Translations under genes and position numbers: made by a program
Virus record (IMG/VR): IMGVR_UViG_3300031873_001030
From: a virus
Taxonomy: Duplodnaviria > Heunggongvirae > Uroviricota > Caudoviricetes
Length of the DNA: 64,000 nucleotides
Strand: one strand, 5' to 3'
Shown: one piece after another, positions 1-8,793 of the stretch
Layout: each line of letters begins with the position of its first letter
How positions within the stretch are numbered: position 1 is the stretch's first letter
Notes under the pieces: generated by a model
What the model was told of the DNA's origin: nothing
Database searches by the model: none
What the model saw: the letters and a program-made list of their open reading frames with translations, nothing else

Positions 1-84
1 GAAGAATTTGAAGACGGAGAATGGAGAGAATACTATAATGACGATAGTGAAGACATAATGGAGATGATAGATAATGGGAAATGA
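1..84 (+). CDS. 3' end of an upstream ORF running into the window (acidic tail ...EEFEDGEWREYYNDDSEDIMEMIDNGK*)
   Basis: Open frame from position 1 to TGA at 82-84; partial, no start in window. Confidence 0.2.
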   Translation, partial: EEFEDGEWREYYNDDSEDIMEMIDNGK

Positions 85-295
85 AGATGAATGGGATAAG
101 GTAAGGACAATATGTAAGGATTTGCTATACTTGGCTAAGATGAATGGATATGAGAAAGAATCCTTCTTTACATCTATGATTATACTGACAAACTTGAGGA
201 AGTCTTTGGATAGTGAAGATAATGTATGTATGCTTGAGGAAATGGAAAAGGAATTGAGGGAAGAGATACGTAGAAGGATAGGTGGATTTTCTTGA
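74..295 (+). CDS. hypothetical small protein (73 aa)
   Basis: ATG ORF from track; part of a run of co-oriented small ORFs; no recognisable motif. Confidence 0.3.
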   Translation: MGNEDEWDKVRTICKDLLYLAKMNGYEKESFFTSMIILTNLRKSLDSEDNVCMLEEMEKELREEIRRRIGGFS

Positions 296-371
296 GAGAG
301 GGATTTTGTAAAATAAAGAATGAGTATGCCTTCTGTTATTATTTTTCATTTGGACAGACTTATAATAGTCT

Positions 372-695
372 TTGTGGAAAGTTCAAGATAACTCCCACGA
401 AGAATGGATTTATAGTCAGAGAGAGGTGATACACGTATGTTTGAGGAAGAGGAAGAGATTGAAGAGAATGAGGAAGAAGAAGATGAAAAAGTGGAATGAC
501 AAGAAGTTAGTGAAAAATATAATGAAATACGAAGAAGGACTTATGGAAGACAAAGAAGTTGTGCTATTCTTTCAGTATCTTGTTGATATAGGAATGGCTT
601 GGACTTTACAAGGACACTATGGAAGGACTGCCCAATATCTTATTGACAGAGGATTTGTTGAAGACAAAAGAGGTAGGACGAATGTTGAACATTAA
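372..695 (+). CDS. hypothetical protein (107 aa, basic K/R-rich N-terminus)
   Basis: ORF track; ends 3 nt before palindrome copy 1. Confidence 0.3.
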   Translation: MWKVQDNSHEEWIYSQREVIHVCLRKRKRLKRMRKKKMKKWNDKKLVKNIMKYEEGLMEDKEVVLFFQYLVDIGMAWTLQGHYGRTAQYLIDRGFVEDKRGRTNVEH

Positions 696-697
696 AT

Positions 698-715
698 CAT
701 TAACATATGTTAATG
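698..715. repeat. 18-bp perfect palindrome CATTAACATATGTTAATG (core TTAACATATGTTAA), copy 1
   Basis: Exact palindrome read in sequence; intergenic between ORFs 372-695 and 739-975. Confidence 0.9.
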
Positions 716-738
716 TAAAAAATATGGGATTGGTGTGA

Positions 739-975
739 ATGTTTGACGAGAAATGGATAGCTCATTTGGAGAAGGAACACAACGAGAGATGTTCTGATAG
801 GGATTTGAGAAAGAAGAATAAGATATATGAAGTTTCTAAAAAGTATGCTAAGGATTGTATCAAGTGTCAATATATCTGTGAGAGAAGCAATAATTTTCAA
901 TCCACGTTGAAAGAGTTGAAGAGAATGGGTTGGAAGATATATTTTCCTAAAGTGAGACAAACCAGAGGAGATTGA
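739..975 (+). CDS. hypothetical small protein (78 aa, Cys-containing)
   Basis: ORF track. Confidence 0.3.
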   Translation: MFDEKWIAHLEKEHNERCSDRDLRKKNKIYEVSKKYAKDCIKCQYICERSNNFQSTLKELKRMGWKIYFPKVRQTRGD

Positions 976-985
976 AATCTTATGT

Positions 986-1003
986 CATTAACATATGTTA
1001 AAC
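986..1003. repeat. palindrome core TTAACATATGTTAA copy 2 (core at 988-1001)
   Basis: Exact 14-bp core read in sequence, intergenic. Confidence 0.9.
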
Positions 1004-1195
1004 ATTTTTTTTCTAGCGAACCAAACAGGAAGGTGTAGAATGAAAAAGAAAAAAACATATTGGATAATTGATTGGTGTAATGTGGAAAATTGTAAAGTAG
1101 CATATACATTAACAGAAGCAAGAAAATTTGCGAAAGAATTATATGAAGATAGTTCTCGCGTAATCATATTTCAATATATAGAAGAAAAGAGTTAG
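995..1195 (+). CDS. hypothetical small protein (66 aa)
   Basis: ORF track. Confidence 0.25.
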   Translation: MLNIFFLANQTGRCRMKKKKTYWIIDWCNVENCKVAYTLTEARKFAKELYEDSSRVIIFQYIEEKS

Positions 1196-1206
1196 AGGTG
1201 TAGAAA

Positions 1207-1578
1207 ATGGGAATGTATAGTTCTACTGATTGGTGTGAATTGAAAGTGAAAAGGGGAAAGGAAATAGAATTTTTTGATTGGCTTAAGAGGAATGAAGATT
1301 GGAAAGAAGCGATAGAAGTATTGAATGGCGAAGTAGAGATACAAGTCAGTTGGAAGATTATAAGTTATTGGTATGACAGCTTCCTTGACGAACTTGAACA
1401 GCTTGCTGAATATATTACAGGAAAATGGATATTGCTTTATGAGACAGGAGAAAGCAAAGCCATAATAACATTTACAGAAGATGACGAAGTGAAGATAGAA
1501 GTTGGGGAAATGGATTATCACAAAATTGATATAGATGATTTGAGAAAGGAAAATATGAAAATGGAAAGGAGTGATTAA
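1207..1578 (+). CDS. hypothetical protein (123 aa)
   Basis: ORF preceded by GAGGTG Shine-Dalgarno-like motif 7 nt upstream; stop codon TAA lies inside palindrome copy 3. Confidence 0.4.
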   Translation: MGMYSSTDWCELKVKRGKEIEFFDWLKRNEDWKEAIEVLNGEVEIQVSWKIISYWYDSFLDELEQLAEYITGKWILLYETGESKAIITFTEDDEVKIEVGEMDYHKIDIDDLRKENMKMERSD

Positions 1579-1626
1579 CATATGTTAAGAGAGTCGGCGG
1601 ACCCTGAGTTGCTTAACATATGTTAA
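1575..1626. repeat. pair of palindrome cores (1575-1588, 1613-1626) separated by a 24-nt GC-rich spacer GAGAGTCGGCGGACCCTGAGTTGC
   Basis: Read directly; spacer is near 60% GC in a genome near 33% GC. Confidence 0.9.
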
Positions 1627-1795
1627 GAAGCTTCATCCCGTTTCCATAGTAAATTTAAATACTATGGAAACTAATATTACATATGGTTAGATGGAAAAAA
1701 GATAGCCATATGATATTTGACAGCAACAATATCTATAATGATTTAGGTAATTGTTGGATTGACTTGAAAGCAAAGAAAAAAATGAGGTGATATGA

Positions 1796-1886
1796 AATGC
1801 CTGTTGGAAGACCTAAAGGTTATAGTCCTAAGAGAGATAATCAGAAGTGGAACTATTGCCCAAATTGTGGGAAGAAAGTAAATTGA
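1796..1886 (+). CDS. 29-aa zinc-ribbon micro-ORF (MPVGRPKGYSPKRDNQKWNYCPNCGKKVN)
   Basis: ATG with GAGGTGA 8 nt upstream; CxxC motif; below the 60-aa cutoff of the ORF track. Confidence 0.3.
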
Positions 1887-1905
1887 ACTAAAGAGGTAAT
1901 GAATT

Positions 1906-2094
1906 GTGAATTTGGAGAAGATTGTAAAGAAGATACAATTCCATAAAGAGATATTGATAAAGTTGAAGAATGATATGATTAAGAAGCATAGTCCTTTAGC
2001 TCCTGCGTATATAACTCATATACGTAGTTTGGAAGGTTTCTTGGCATATCTTGAAAAGGAGTTCAAAGCTATTGGAGAACAGAAAGAAGATTGA
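1906..2094 (+). CDS. hypothetical small protein (62 aa)
   Basis: ORF track. Confidence 0.25.
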   Translation: MNLEKIVKKIQFHKEILIKLKNDMIKKHSPLAPAYITHIRSLEGFLAYLEKEFKAIGEQKED

Positions 2095-2313
2095 TATGCT
2101 GAAAGGAAGTCTTTATAGATATTTCTTTTGTAAGGAAAAGAAAGAAAAAGAATATAGGTGTCCAAAATGCGATTGTATTTTGGAGATAGAGATAAAATGT
2201 GGACCCAAGTGATATTGATGAATAAATTACACGTAGATATATTTGGTATGGATATGGATTTTGTTAAATGTAATTCTATAAAAAATTCTCAGACAAGCGC
2301 TTCTGAAGACAAC

Positions 2314-2504
2314 TTAACATATGTTAAGAATTCAGCAGTACCTGCAGCAAGCAACTCATTAACATATGTTAAGTATCTCCATCGAATCATCCTTGGCAAA
2401 CGCCAGACCCAGGAACACAAGTCTTTAACATATGTTAATGTAATCATTGGCCGCATTGCCTCAAACAAGAAAGAAAATCCCAGTCGCCCATTAACATATG
2501 TTAA
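2314..2504. repeat. mini-array of 4 palindrome cores (2314-2327, 2359-2372, 2425-2438, 2491-2504) with unique spacers of 31, 52 and 52 nt
   Basis: Exact repeats read in sequence; spacers are GC-rich and unique; repeat-to-repeat distances 45/66/66 are all multiples of 3. Confidence 0.9.
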
Positions 2505-2641
2505 TAAGTTGGTGCCAGCAATTGCTTGGCAACCAACAGCATACAAAGTGATATTATGAATCATATTCCTTTCATATGAAGCAGATATGTGGAAAATATT
2601 TGATACAATAATAGAAGGGAGAAAAAATGAGTTAAAAAGAG

Positions 2642-2854
2642 ATGCGAATAATGAAAATATTTAATTACAACGTGAGCATAACAATAAAGAAAGATTATCC
2701 TAATTGTAAAGCTCCTATTCAAAAGAGATATAGAGAAAAAAAGAGGATGCGTGGTTTTTGTATAAATGGTGGATGTTGGAACAAAGTTGAAAATAACCGT
2801 TCCAAATGTCCAATCTGTATGGAAAAAGATAGGAAGAGATGGAAAGTGAGATAG
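2642..2854 (+). CDS. small Cys-rich zinc-finger protein (70 aa)
   Basis: CxxC...CxxC pattern (CKAP...CINGGC...CPIC). Confidence 0.35.
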   Translation: MRIMKIFNYNVSITIKKDYPNCKAPIQKRYREKKRMRGFCINGGCWNKVENNRSKCPICMEKDRKRWKVR

Positions 2855-2867
2855 TTAGTGATTATTT

Positions 2868-3089
2868 GTGGACATAATAATTTCAACATTGATAGCATTT
2901 GGCTCTTTGGTATTGGCGATATTTTTCATACTTATTGCGAGGTGGGACGCAAACAAAGTGATAGATAAGTTGTATAGAGAGGAATATAAAGAGAGAAATA
3001 GGATTGATGCGAATGTTGTCAAATCACTTGTAGGGAACTTGAAACAGAAAAGAGATGATGAAATATCTAGTTCGGAATATACAAAATGA
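2868..3089 (+). CDS. small membrane protein (73 aa, one N-terminal TM helix)
   Basis: Hydrophobic stretch IISTLIAFGSLVLAIFFILIA. Confidence 0.3.
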   Translation: MDIIISTLIAFGSLVLAIFFILIARWDANKVIDKLYREEYKERNRIDANVVKSLVGNLKQKRDDEISSSEYTK

Positions 3090-3440
3090 TTTTTAAGTAG
3101 CAACGTGTAATTATTAGATTAGTTAGATATAGAGGAGTGAAGGAAGTAACTAAAGAATCTCGTTTCTTTGGATATTTTCTTTAAGAATAAAGTATAATGG
3201 AGGTGGCAAATGTCATTCTACGAAAGATTGGAGAGGAGAGCAAAAGCACTTAATGATATAATGTGGGGTTCAGACGATGAGACTGAAAGTGAATAACTCT
3301 ACTATTAATACTTTAGCAATTAATTATACTATAGGGACTTTAGGAGTTCCTATGGTATAAAAAATCTAGGGGCTTTGTTCCTAGTTAGAAAGGGATATTC
3401 TTCCTTTCTAAAAATATGGTAAAAATAAGGTGATATATAA

Positions 3441-4010
3441 ATGAAGACAATAGAAGTAGAAATAAAAGGTCCTATTTTGCTGATGCATAATCCGAAGTCT
3501 ATGCTAGACCCACAGACTACTGGAACGAAATCATCAACTGCGAAATATGACTATAATGTCGAAGCAGAGAAGTCTGCTTACAAGACGAAAAAAAATGAAT
3601 TATATATTCCTGCCCAAGCTATGTTCAGTTCCACATTGAATGGAGCTTCTTTCAAGAAAGTAGGAAAATATACTGCCAAGAGCATTATAGCTGGCAATAT
3701 GAGAATAGAGCCAGAAGAAATCCTGATTCTAGATAGCAAAGGGAAAGTCATGACAAAATATGAGATAGACTTGAGGACTGTGGTTATTGCTCAAGGTAAG
3801 AAAAGAAACCGAATAGTCAGGGCAAGAGCTATGGTAAAGGATTGGAGTGCTAGATTCAGAATAGTCTATAACGACCAATTCATAGGCGACCCTGCTATAA
3901 TAGAAGATTGCTTGAAGGATGCAGGTTCAAGGATAGGTCTGTTGGAATACAGACCACAGACAAGTGGAAGCTACGGAACATTTGAGATAGTGAAATTCAA
4001 GGTGATATAA
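3441..4010 (+). CDS. hypothetical protein (189 aa), translationally coupled to the downstream ParB-like gene
   Basis: AAGGTGA Shine-Dalgarno-like motif 8 nt upstream; stop TAA overlaps the ATG of the next gene (TAAATG). Confidence 0.5.
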   Translation: MKTIEVEIKGPILLMHNPKSMLDPQTTGTKSSTAKYDYNVEAEKSAYKTKKNELYIPAQAMFSSTLNGASFKKVGKYTAKSIIAGNMRIEPEEILILDSKGKVMTKYEIDLRTVVIAQGKKRNRIVRARAMVKDWSARFRIVYNDQFIGDPAIIEDCLKDAGSRIGLLEYRPQTSGSYGTFEIVKFKVI

Positions 4011-4895
4011 ATGGCACTATGGGATAGGGAAGAAAGAAAGCATACGGAAAATAAAGTATTGCCACTCAAGGATATAGTATTTGATGAGAACATATATCCA
4101 AGACAAAGTTCATGGTGGCAAACTTCGTATAAATATGCCGAAGAGATGAAAGCAGGCGCAAGGTTTCCTCCAATCACAGTAGGTTTTGTGAATGGAAGAT
4201 ACGTGCTTGTGGATGGGAAGCATAGGAATGACGCACTTCTGATGAATAAGGAGACACATACATCAGTAGTAGTTCTCTATGGTTACACTTTGGATGAACT
4301 CTATATTGAAGCTGTAAAACTCAATAGGGCTCACGGTGTAGGACTTACTTCTTTCGACAAGGTCAAGATAATCAAGAGACTTGAAGATATGAAATATTCA
4401 TTGGGAGACATAGCCACGATAGTCCAGATTCCTTTGGGAAGCATAGAGAAATTTGTAGCACAGAGGATTACGTTAAATCCATTAGGACAAGTCACAGTAT
4501 TGAAATCTCCTCTCAAGTTTATGGCAGGAGGAACTATAACGATGACTGACGAAGAGCAAGATACTCTAAGTGTGAGGAGTGAGATAAGTCTGGTAAATCA
4601 GATGACACAGATATTCTCAAATCCGAAGATGCTAAGGGTTGATATAACATTCGTTGATGCTATCGAGAAGCTTTACCAACTGATTCAAGATTTCCTCAAA
4701 GAACAGAAAATTTTGAATGGAGCTGGAAATACAATAGAAGAAGTTCCAAAAGAGAAAATATACAAGAAAAGAGGAAGACCTAAGAAAATCAAGACTGAAA
4801 GTGAGACTTCAGAACCAAAGAAAAAGGGAAGACCTAAAGGTTCTAAGAACAAGCTTAAAGAACTTGATGTCAGTAACGTCAAAGAACAAGCATAA
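4011..4895 (+). CDS. ParB-like nuclease-domain protein with C-terminal AT-hook motifs
   Basis: N-terminal region with VDGKHRNDAL resembles the ParB/Srx catalytic motif; C-terminus carries two KRGRPKK/KKGRPKG AT-hooks. Confidence 0.55.
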   Translation: MALWDREERKHTENKVLPLKDIVFDENIYPRQSSWWQTSYKYAEEMKAGARFPPITVGFVNGRYVLVDGKHRNDALLMNKETHTSVVVLYGYTLDELYIEAVKLNRAHGVGLTSFDKVKIIKRLEDMKYSLGDIATIVQIPLGSIEKFVAQRITLNPLGQVTVLKSPLKFMAGGTITMTDEEQDTLSVRSEISLVNQMTQIFSNPKMLRVDITFVDAIEKLYQLIQDFLKEQKILNGAGNTIEEVPKEKIYKKRGRPKKIKTESETSEPKKKGRPKGSKNKLKELDVSNVKEQA

Positions 4896-4943
4896 ATAGT
4901 TAATCAGTTAGACTTTATTTGGAAAGAATGAAGCAGGGTTTAG

Positions 4944-5016
4944 TGACAACGAACCTCAGAGATAGAACTTACTGATTCTTAGAATCAGTTGGTTCTTACT
5001 GCGAGGTTCGTTGTCA
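4944..5016 (+). repeat. 73-nt stem-loop element family, copy A (14-bp terminal stem TGACAACGAACCTC / GAGGTTCGTTGTCA)
   Basis: Terminal inverted repeat with a compensatory substitution relative to copies B, C and D; begins 49 nt after the ParB-like stop. Confidence 0.6.
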
Positions 5017-5431
5017 TAGTTCCTTCCCTCTTCATACTTTCTTTAATATTAGGGAATTTATAAAAACTGTAGGTTTTTATTATGAGATAAGGTTCGGTTG
5101 GGTCAGTTGGGGTGGGTTCCGTTCCGATATGGTATGGTAAGATTATATTTATTGGACGTGGTAGGATAGGGTAGGATGCGATATGGTATTGTTACTTGTT
5201 CCGATATGGTTCGGTGATTTGGGGTTAGGTTAGGTCTGTTCCGATAGGGCAAGGTATGGTATTTTATTTATTCGATACGGTTCGGTTTGGTGGGTTTGGG
5301 TTAGGCAAGATAAGATAGGGTTAGACAAGGTATCTTACTTTTGTATCCGATTGGGTAAGGTCTGGTAGTATTCGGTCCGTTGTGGTTAGGCACGATATGG
5401 TGTGGTAAGGTTTGACATTTATAGTCAGTCA

Positions 5432-5491
5432 TTAACATATGATAAAGAGTTGGACCCAGTGCACGGGTGGCATTCCATTAACATATGTTAA
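5432..5491. repeat. variant palindrome (TTAACATATGATAA, 5432-5445) plus canonical core (5478-5491) with a 32-nt GC-rich spacer
   Basis: Read in sequence; sits at the edge of a satellite block. Confidence 0.85.
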
Positions 5492-5513
5492 TGAGAAAAG
5501 ATAAGAAATAATG
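5472..5513 (+). repeat. 42-bp direct repeat ATTCCATTAACATATGTTAATGAGAAAAGATAAGAAATAATG, copy 1 (copy 2 at 5817-5858)
   Basis: Two identical 42-mers flank the ORF 5526-5798; each is followed by a start codon. Confidence 0.85.
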
Positions 5514-5525
5514 TAAAATGATAAT

Positions 5526-5798
5526 ATGAAGAAGATAAAGGAAGAATTTTGCTTTCGCAGGAATGATACTAGAACTTCATATGATATGCAGAAAGGCTAT
5601 CTGATATATGGCAAGATTGATGACATTTATAATATCATCACTTACAATCTATTTGAGATGTGGAATACTACAAAGTGTTTTAAAAGGTTTAGGAAATTGT
5701 TCGTCACTACTTCAAATCACGAATGGATACATTATCTTGTTCCAGATATAAAAGATGGAAGTCTGATGAAGAAGATTGAAAATTGGTTTAACTGGTAA
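5526..5798 (+). CDS. hypothetical protein (90 aa) bracketed by 42-bp direct repeats
   Basis: ORF track; flanking direct repeats. Confidence 0.35.
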   Translation: MKKIKEEFCFRRNDTRTSYDMQKGYLIYGKIDDIYNIITYNLFEMWNTTKCFKRFRKLFVTTSNHEWIHYLVPDIKDGSLMKKIENWFNW

Positions 5799-5816
5799 AA
5801 TGTATCGTTAACCAAA

Positions 5817-5858
5817 ATTCCATTAACATATGTTAATGAGAAAAGATAAGAAATAATG
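5817..5858 (+). repeat. 42-bp direct repeat copy 2 (contains palindrome core 5823-5836)
   Basis: Identical to 5472-5513. Confidence 0.85.
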
Positions 5859-6150
5859 AAAATCAAAAAGAGGTAAAAAAAATGAGATACTATTGCCGAG
5901 AACATAAGGAAAGTTTTGAGACTACTGTCTGCTTTCTTCAACATGTTCTTAAGGAACACCATAGCATATTTGACATCACAAGTGAATAGATATTTATGTG
6001 ATGAGGTGGGGTCAAGTCAGGTCGGTTCTGGTTGCGATACTGACCTTATCACACCAAACCTCACCTTACCAGGGTTCGATAAGTTGTGATTTGGTAGGAT
6101 AGGGTAAAGTTATTTATATTTGAAACACGTAATTATATGTCAAGGAAGTC

Positions 6151-6223
6151 TGACAACAAACCTCAGAGTTGGAACTTTCTGGTTCTAAAAAATCACTTAG
6201 TTCTTTCTGCGAGGTTTGTTGTC
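6151..6223 (+). repeat. 73-nt stem-loop element, copy B (stem TGACAACAAACCTC / GAGGTTTGTTGTC)
   Basis: Embedded in the satellite; stem co-varies with copies A and D. Confidence 0.6.
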
Positions 6224-6948
6224 TTTGTATCGACTTTATCATTCGGTCAGGTAAGGCGGGTTCAGGTGGGGTATAGTTTCGGTTCGGTATGGTAGTTTGA
6301 CATTTATACGATACGGTAAGGTGAGGTTTGGAAGATAGTCTTTATGATTCGGTAAGGTGGGGTCAGTTGCGATTGTGTGAGGTTTGATTTGGTTTGGTCT
6401 GATTTGGTAGTTTGAGGCAAGGTAAAGTTAATTCCTTTTATATGATAAGGTATGGTCTAATTCGGTCTGGTTTGGTTGGATGGGCTACGTTCCGATAAGG
6501 TTCGGTATGGTAATATGACACTTATACGATTAGGTTCGGTCAGGTAAGGTTGGGTCAAATGCGATTAGGTAAGATGAGGTTCGGTCAGATACGGCAAGAT
6601 ATGGTATAATATTTATTCGGTTAGGTGAGGTCAGTTTAGGTCTGGTCTGATGTAGTTTGGCATGGTAGTATAACACTTATCGGTTTGGTTCGGTATGATG
6701 CGATATGGTCAGATTCGGTTTGATATGGTAGTATGACACTTATTGGTCAGGTTTAGTAGAATATGGTAAGGTTCGGTTCGATACGGTGGGATATGGTCAG
6801 TTAGGATTTGGAAAAGGAGAGAATAGTTTCAAGAAAGAATCAGCCCTTGGGTGAGTCCCTTGAAATGAAAAATGCCGCACCAGAGATGGTGATATTAGGT
6901 AAACTAATATAAATCAAGGTTCGAACCGTCCGTTAGGCAACGGTTCTC

Positions 6949-7020
6949 TGACAACAAACCTCAGAGTTAGAACTTACTGGTTCTTGAAATCAGTTGGTTC
7001 TTTCTGCGAGGTTTGTTGTC
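6949..7020 (+). repeat. 73-nt stem-loop element, copy C
   Basis: Embedded in the satellite; loop AGAGTTAGAACTTACTGGTTCTTGAAATCAGTTGGTTCTTTCTGC. Confidence 0.6.
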
Positions 7021-7963
7021 TTCCTCCAAAAAATTACTTATTCGATAGGGTAAGGATAGGTATGCTATGTCAGGGTCAGGTTTGGTTAGGTTTGATATGG
7101 TATGGTAAGGTAATTTAATACTTTTGCTTTGGTGCAATATGGTAATATTCGGTAGGGTATAATTCGGTGGGTTCCGTTAAGGTATGGTAAGGATTATATT
7201 TATGAAATACGTATATAGGAATAGAGATGATGAAAGGGAACTTAAATTTGAAGTTCCAGATAGTATGTCAATAGCTGAAGCATTTGAATTTGCAGAAAGG
7301 AAATGCGCCAGCATGGAGTGATTATAATTTTTGGTCTGGTAGGGTGCGATTAGGTACGATTGGGTTTGGTCAGATAGGATATGATATGGACTATTGTAAT
7401 TTTCGGTTAGGTGCGGTTAGGTCTGGTTTGGTGCGTTCGAGGTGTGGTCAGATAGGATATGGAACTTTCATTCGTACTTTTCGGTAGGGCATTATTCGGT
7501 CCGATATGGTCTGGTCAATTCCGCTCTGGTTCGGTTAGATAGTGTATGGTGATATATGTTAAGTCGTGGTTTGGTTCGGTCTGGTAGAATGAGGTTTATC
7601 TTTTTTGATAGGCTATCGTTCGGTCTGGTGAGGTATGGTTCGGTAGGGTTCGGCAAGGTTTAATCCTTTTAGGAAAGGGTCTTTGATTCATTCCCTTTCT
7701 ATAAAAGATTTATCCCACGTCTTCGGGATTTATCCCTTCTTTCAGAAGGGATTTATATATCACCGAATCTCGTTTTAAACGAGATTCACAAAGAACTTGT
7801 GGTCGGGTCTGATACGGCAAGGTGTGATACGGTAAGATAAGATTGGGTTATGGTCTGGCAAGGAACTTTTTACTTATATGGTTTGGCACGGTCCATTCCG
7901 TTGCGTTTAGGTGTGGTAAGGCTTGGTATGGTTACGATTTATTTGGCGTAACATATGTAATAC

Positions 7964-8632
7964 GTGTATTTAAGGTTTCTTATGTATAGTTATGCTATGG
8001 CAAAAGATGAGAATAGGGAAATAAACGTCAGTGGAAAGACAATTGCCTTAATCCTTATGGTAATCATTACAATATTTTCAGTAGGCAGTCTGATAGTAGC
8101 CATAAATGATAAAGGTCAAGCTTCCTCAGATTCAACTAGCTGGCAGAACAAATATACAACTTGCAGTTCTGGATTAAGCTCTTGCAACTCTCAACTAAGC
8201 TCTTCTCAATCAAGCTCCTCTTCATGCGCTTCACAACTCAATACTTGCAATAGCAACCTTGATTATTATCAGAACACAGGAGGAACTTGCAGTTCAGATT
8301 TGAGCAATTGCAATGCCAATTATAATACCTGCAATGCCAATCTTAACAATTATAAGACACTTTATTCTAATTGCGGTGGCAGTCTGACTAACTATCAGAC
8401 ACTTTATTCTAACTGCCAGTCAAGCTATTCTACTTGTAATTCTAATTTCAATACTCTGACTTCCACTTACAATTCTCTGAAGTCAAATTCTGATGTCATG
8501 GCACAGAATTATGCCAGTATGAAATGCTGTCCAAGCTGGCCATCCACCAAATACAGCTATTACTATACAAGCAATGGAAATGTCTATTGCACTGATACAG
8601 CAACAGCAAGCACAAAACTTACAGGATGCTAA
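7964..8632 (+). CDS. secreted/anchored Ser/Cys/Asn-rich repeat protein (222 aa) with N-terminal TM anchor
   Basis: TM helix IALILMVIITIFSVGSLIVAI; periodic TCNSNL/NCNANY/TCNANL/NCGGSL/NCQSSY/TCNSNF units with a Cys every 10-11 residues. Confidence 0.45.
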   Translation: MYLRFLMYSYAMAKDENREINVSGKTIALILMVIITIFSVGSLIVAINDKGQASSDSTSWQNKYTTCSSGLSSCNSQLSSSQSSSSSCASQLNTCNSNLDYYQNTGGTCSSDLSNCNANYNTCNANLNNYKTLYSNCGGSLTNYQTLYSNCQSSYSTCNSNFNTLTSTYNSLKSNSDVMAQNYASMKCCPSWPSTKYSYYYTSNGNVYCTDTATASTKLTGC

Positions 8633-8793
8633 ATCATGAGAAAATATACATCCGACAAATGGTTGAAACCTGGTGAAAAATATATCAGCACTGCAGAGAA
8701 AGAACCTGTTCCTAAAAAGAAATATGGTCATGTAGAAATTCCAGATATAGAAGACGATTGATAACTAATATTATAATAGTTTTTAAGTGGTAA

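Larger units (their letters stand above)
5091..7925 (+). repeat. degenerate pentameric (GGTNN)n satellite, G-rich on the + strand, in blocks interrupted by insertions
   Basis: Runs such as GGTTC GGTTG GGTCA GTTGG GGTGG; punctuated by recurring ATGACAYTTATACG / GATTATATTTAT units; no credible ORFs. Confidence 0.85.

Noticed and set aside
2158-2564. ATG ORFs 2158-2559 (+) and 2289-2564 (-) spanning the palindrome array, translating each repeat as LTYV
   Set aside because: The two mirror-image ORFs exist only because the repeat is a perfect palindrome containing no stop codon. The GC-rich spacers are atypical of coding DNA here, and the same palindrome is clearly intergenic elsewhere. They are kept as a finding because the in-frame spacing is odd, but not called as CDS.
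7284-7487. 67-aa ORF inside the (GGTNN)n satellite
   Set aside because: Its translation is low-complexity Gly/Arg/Val driven purely by the GGT periodicity, and no Shine-Dalgarno-like site is present.
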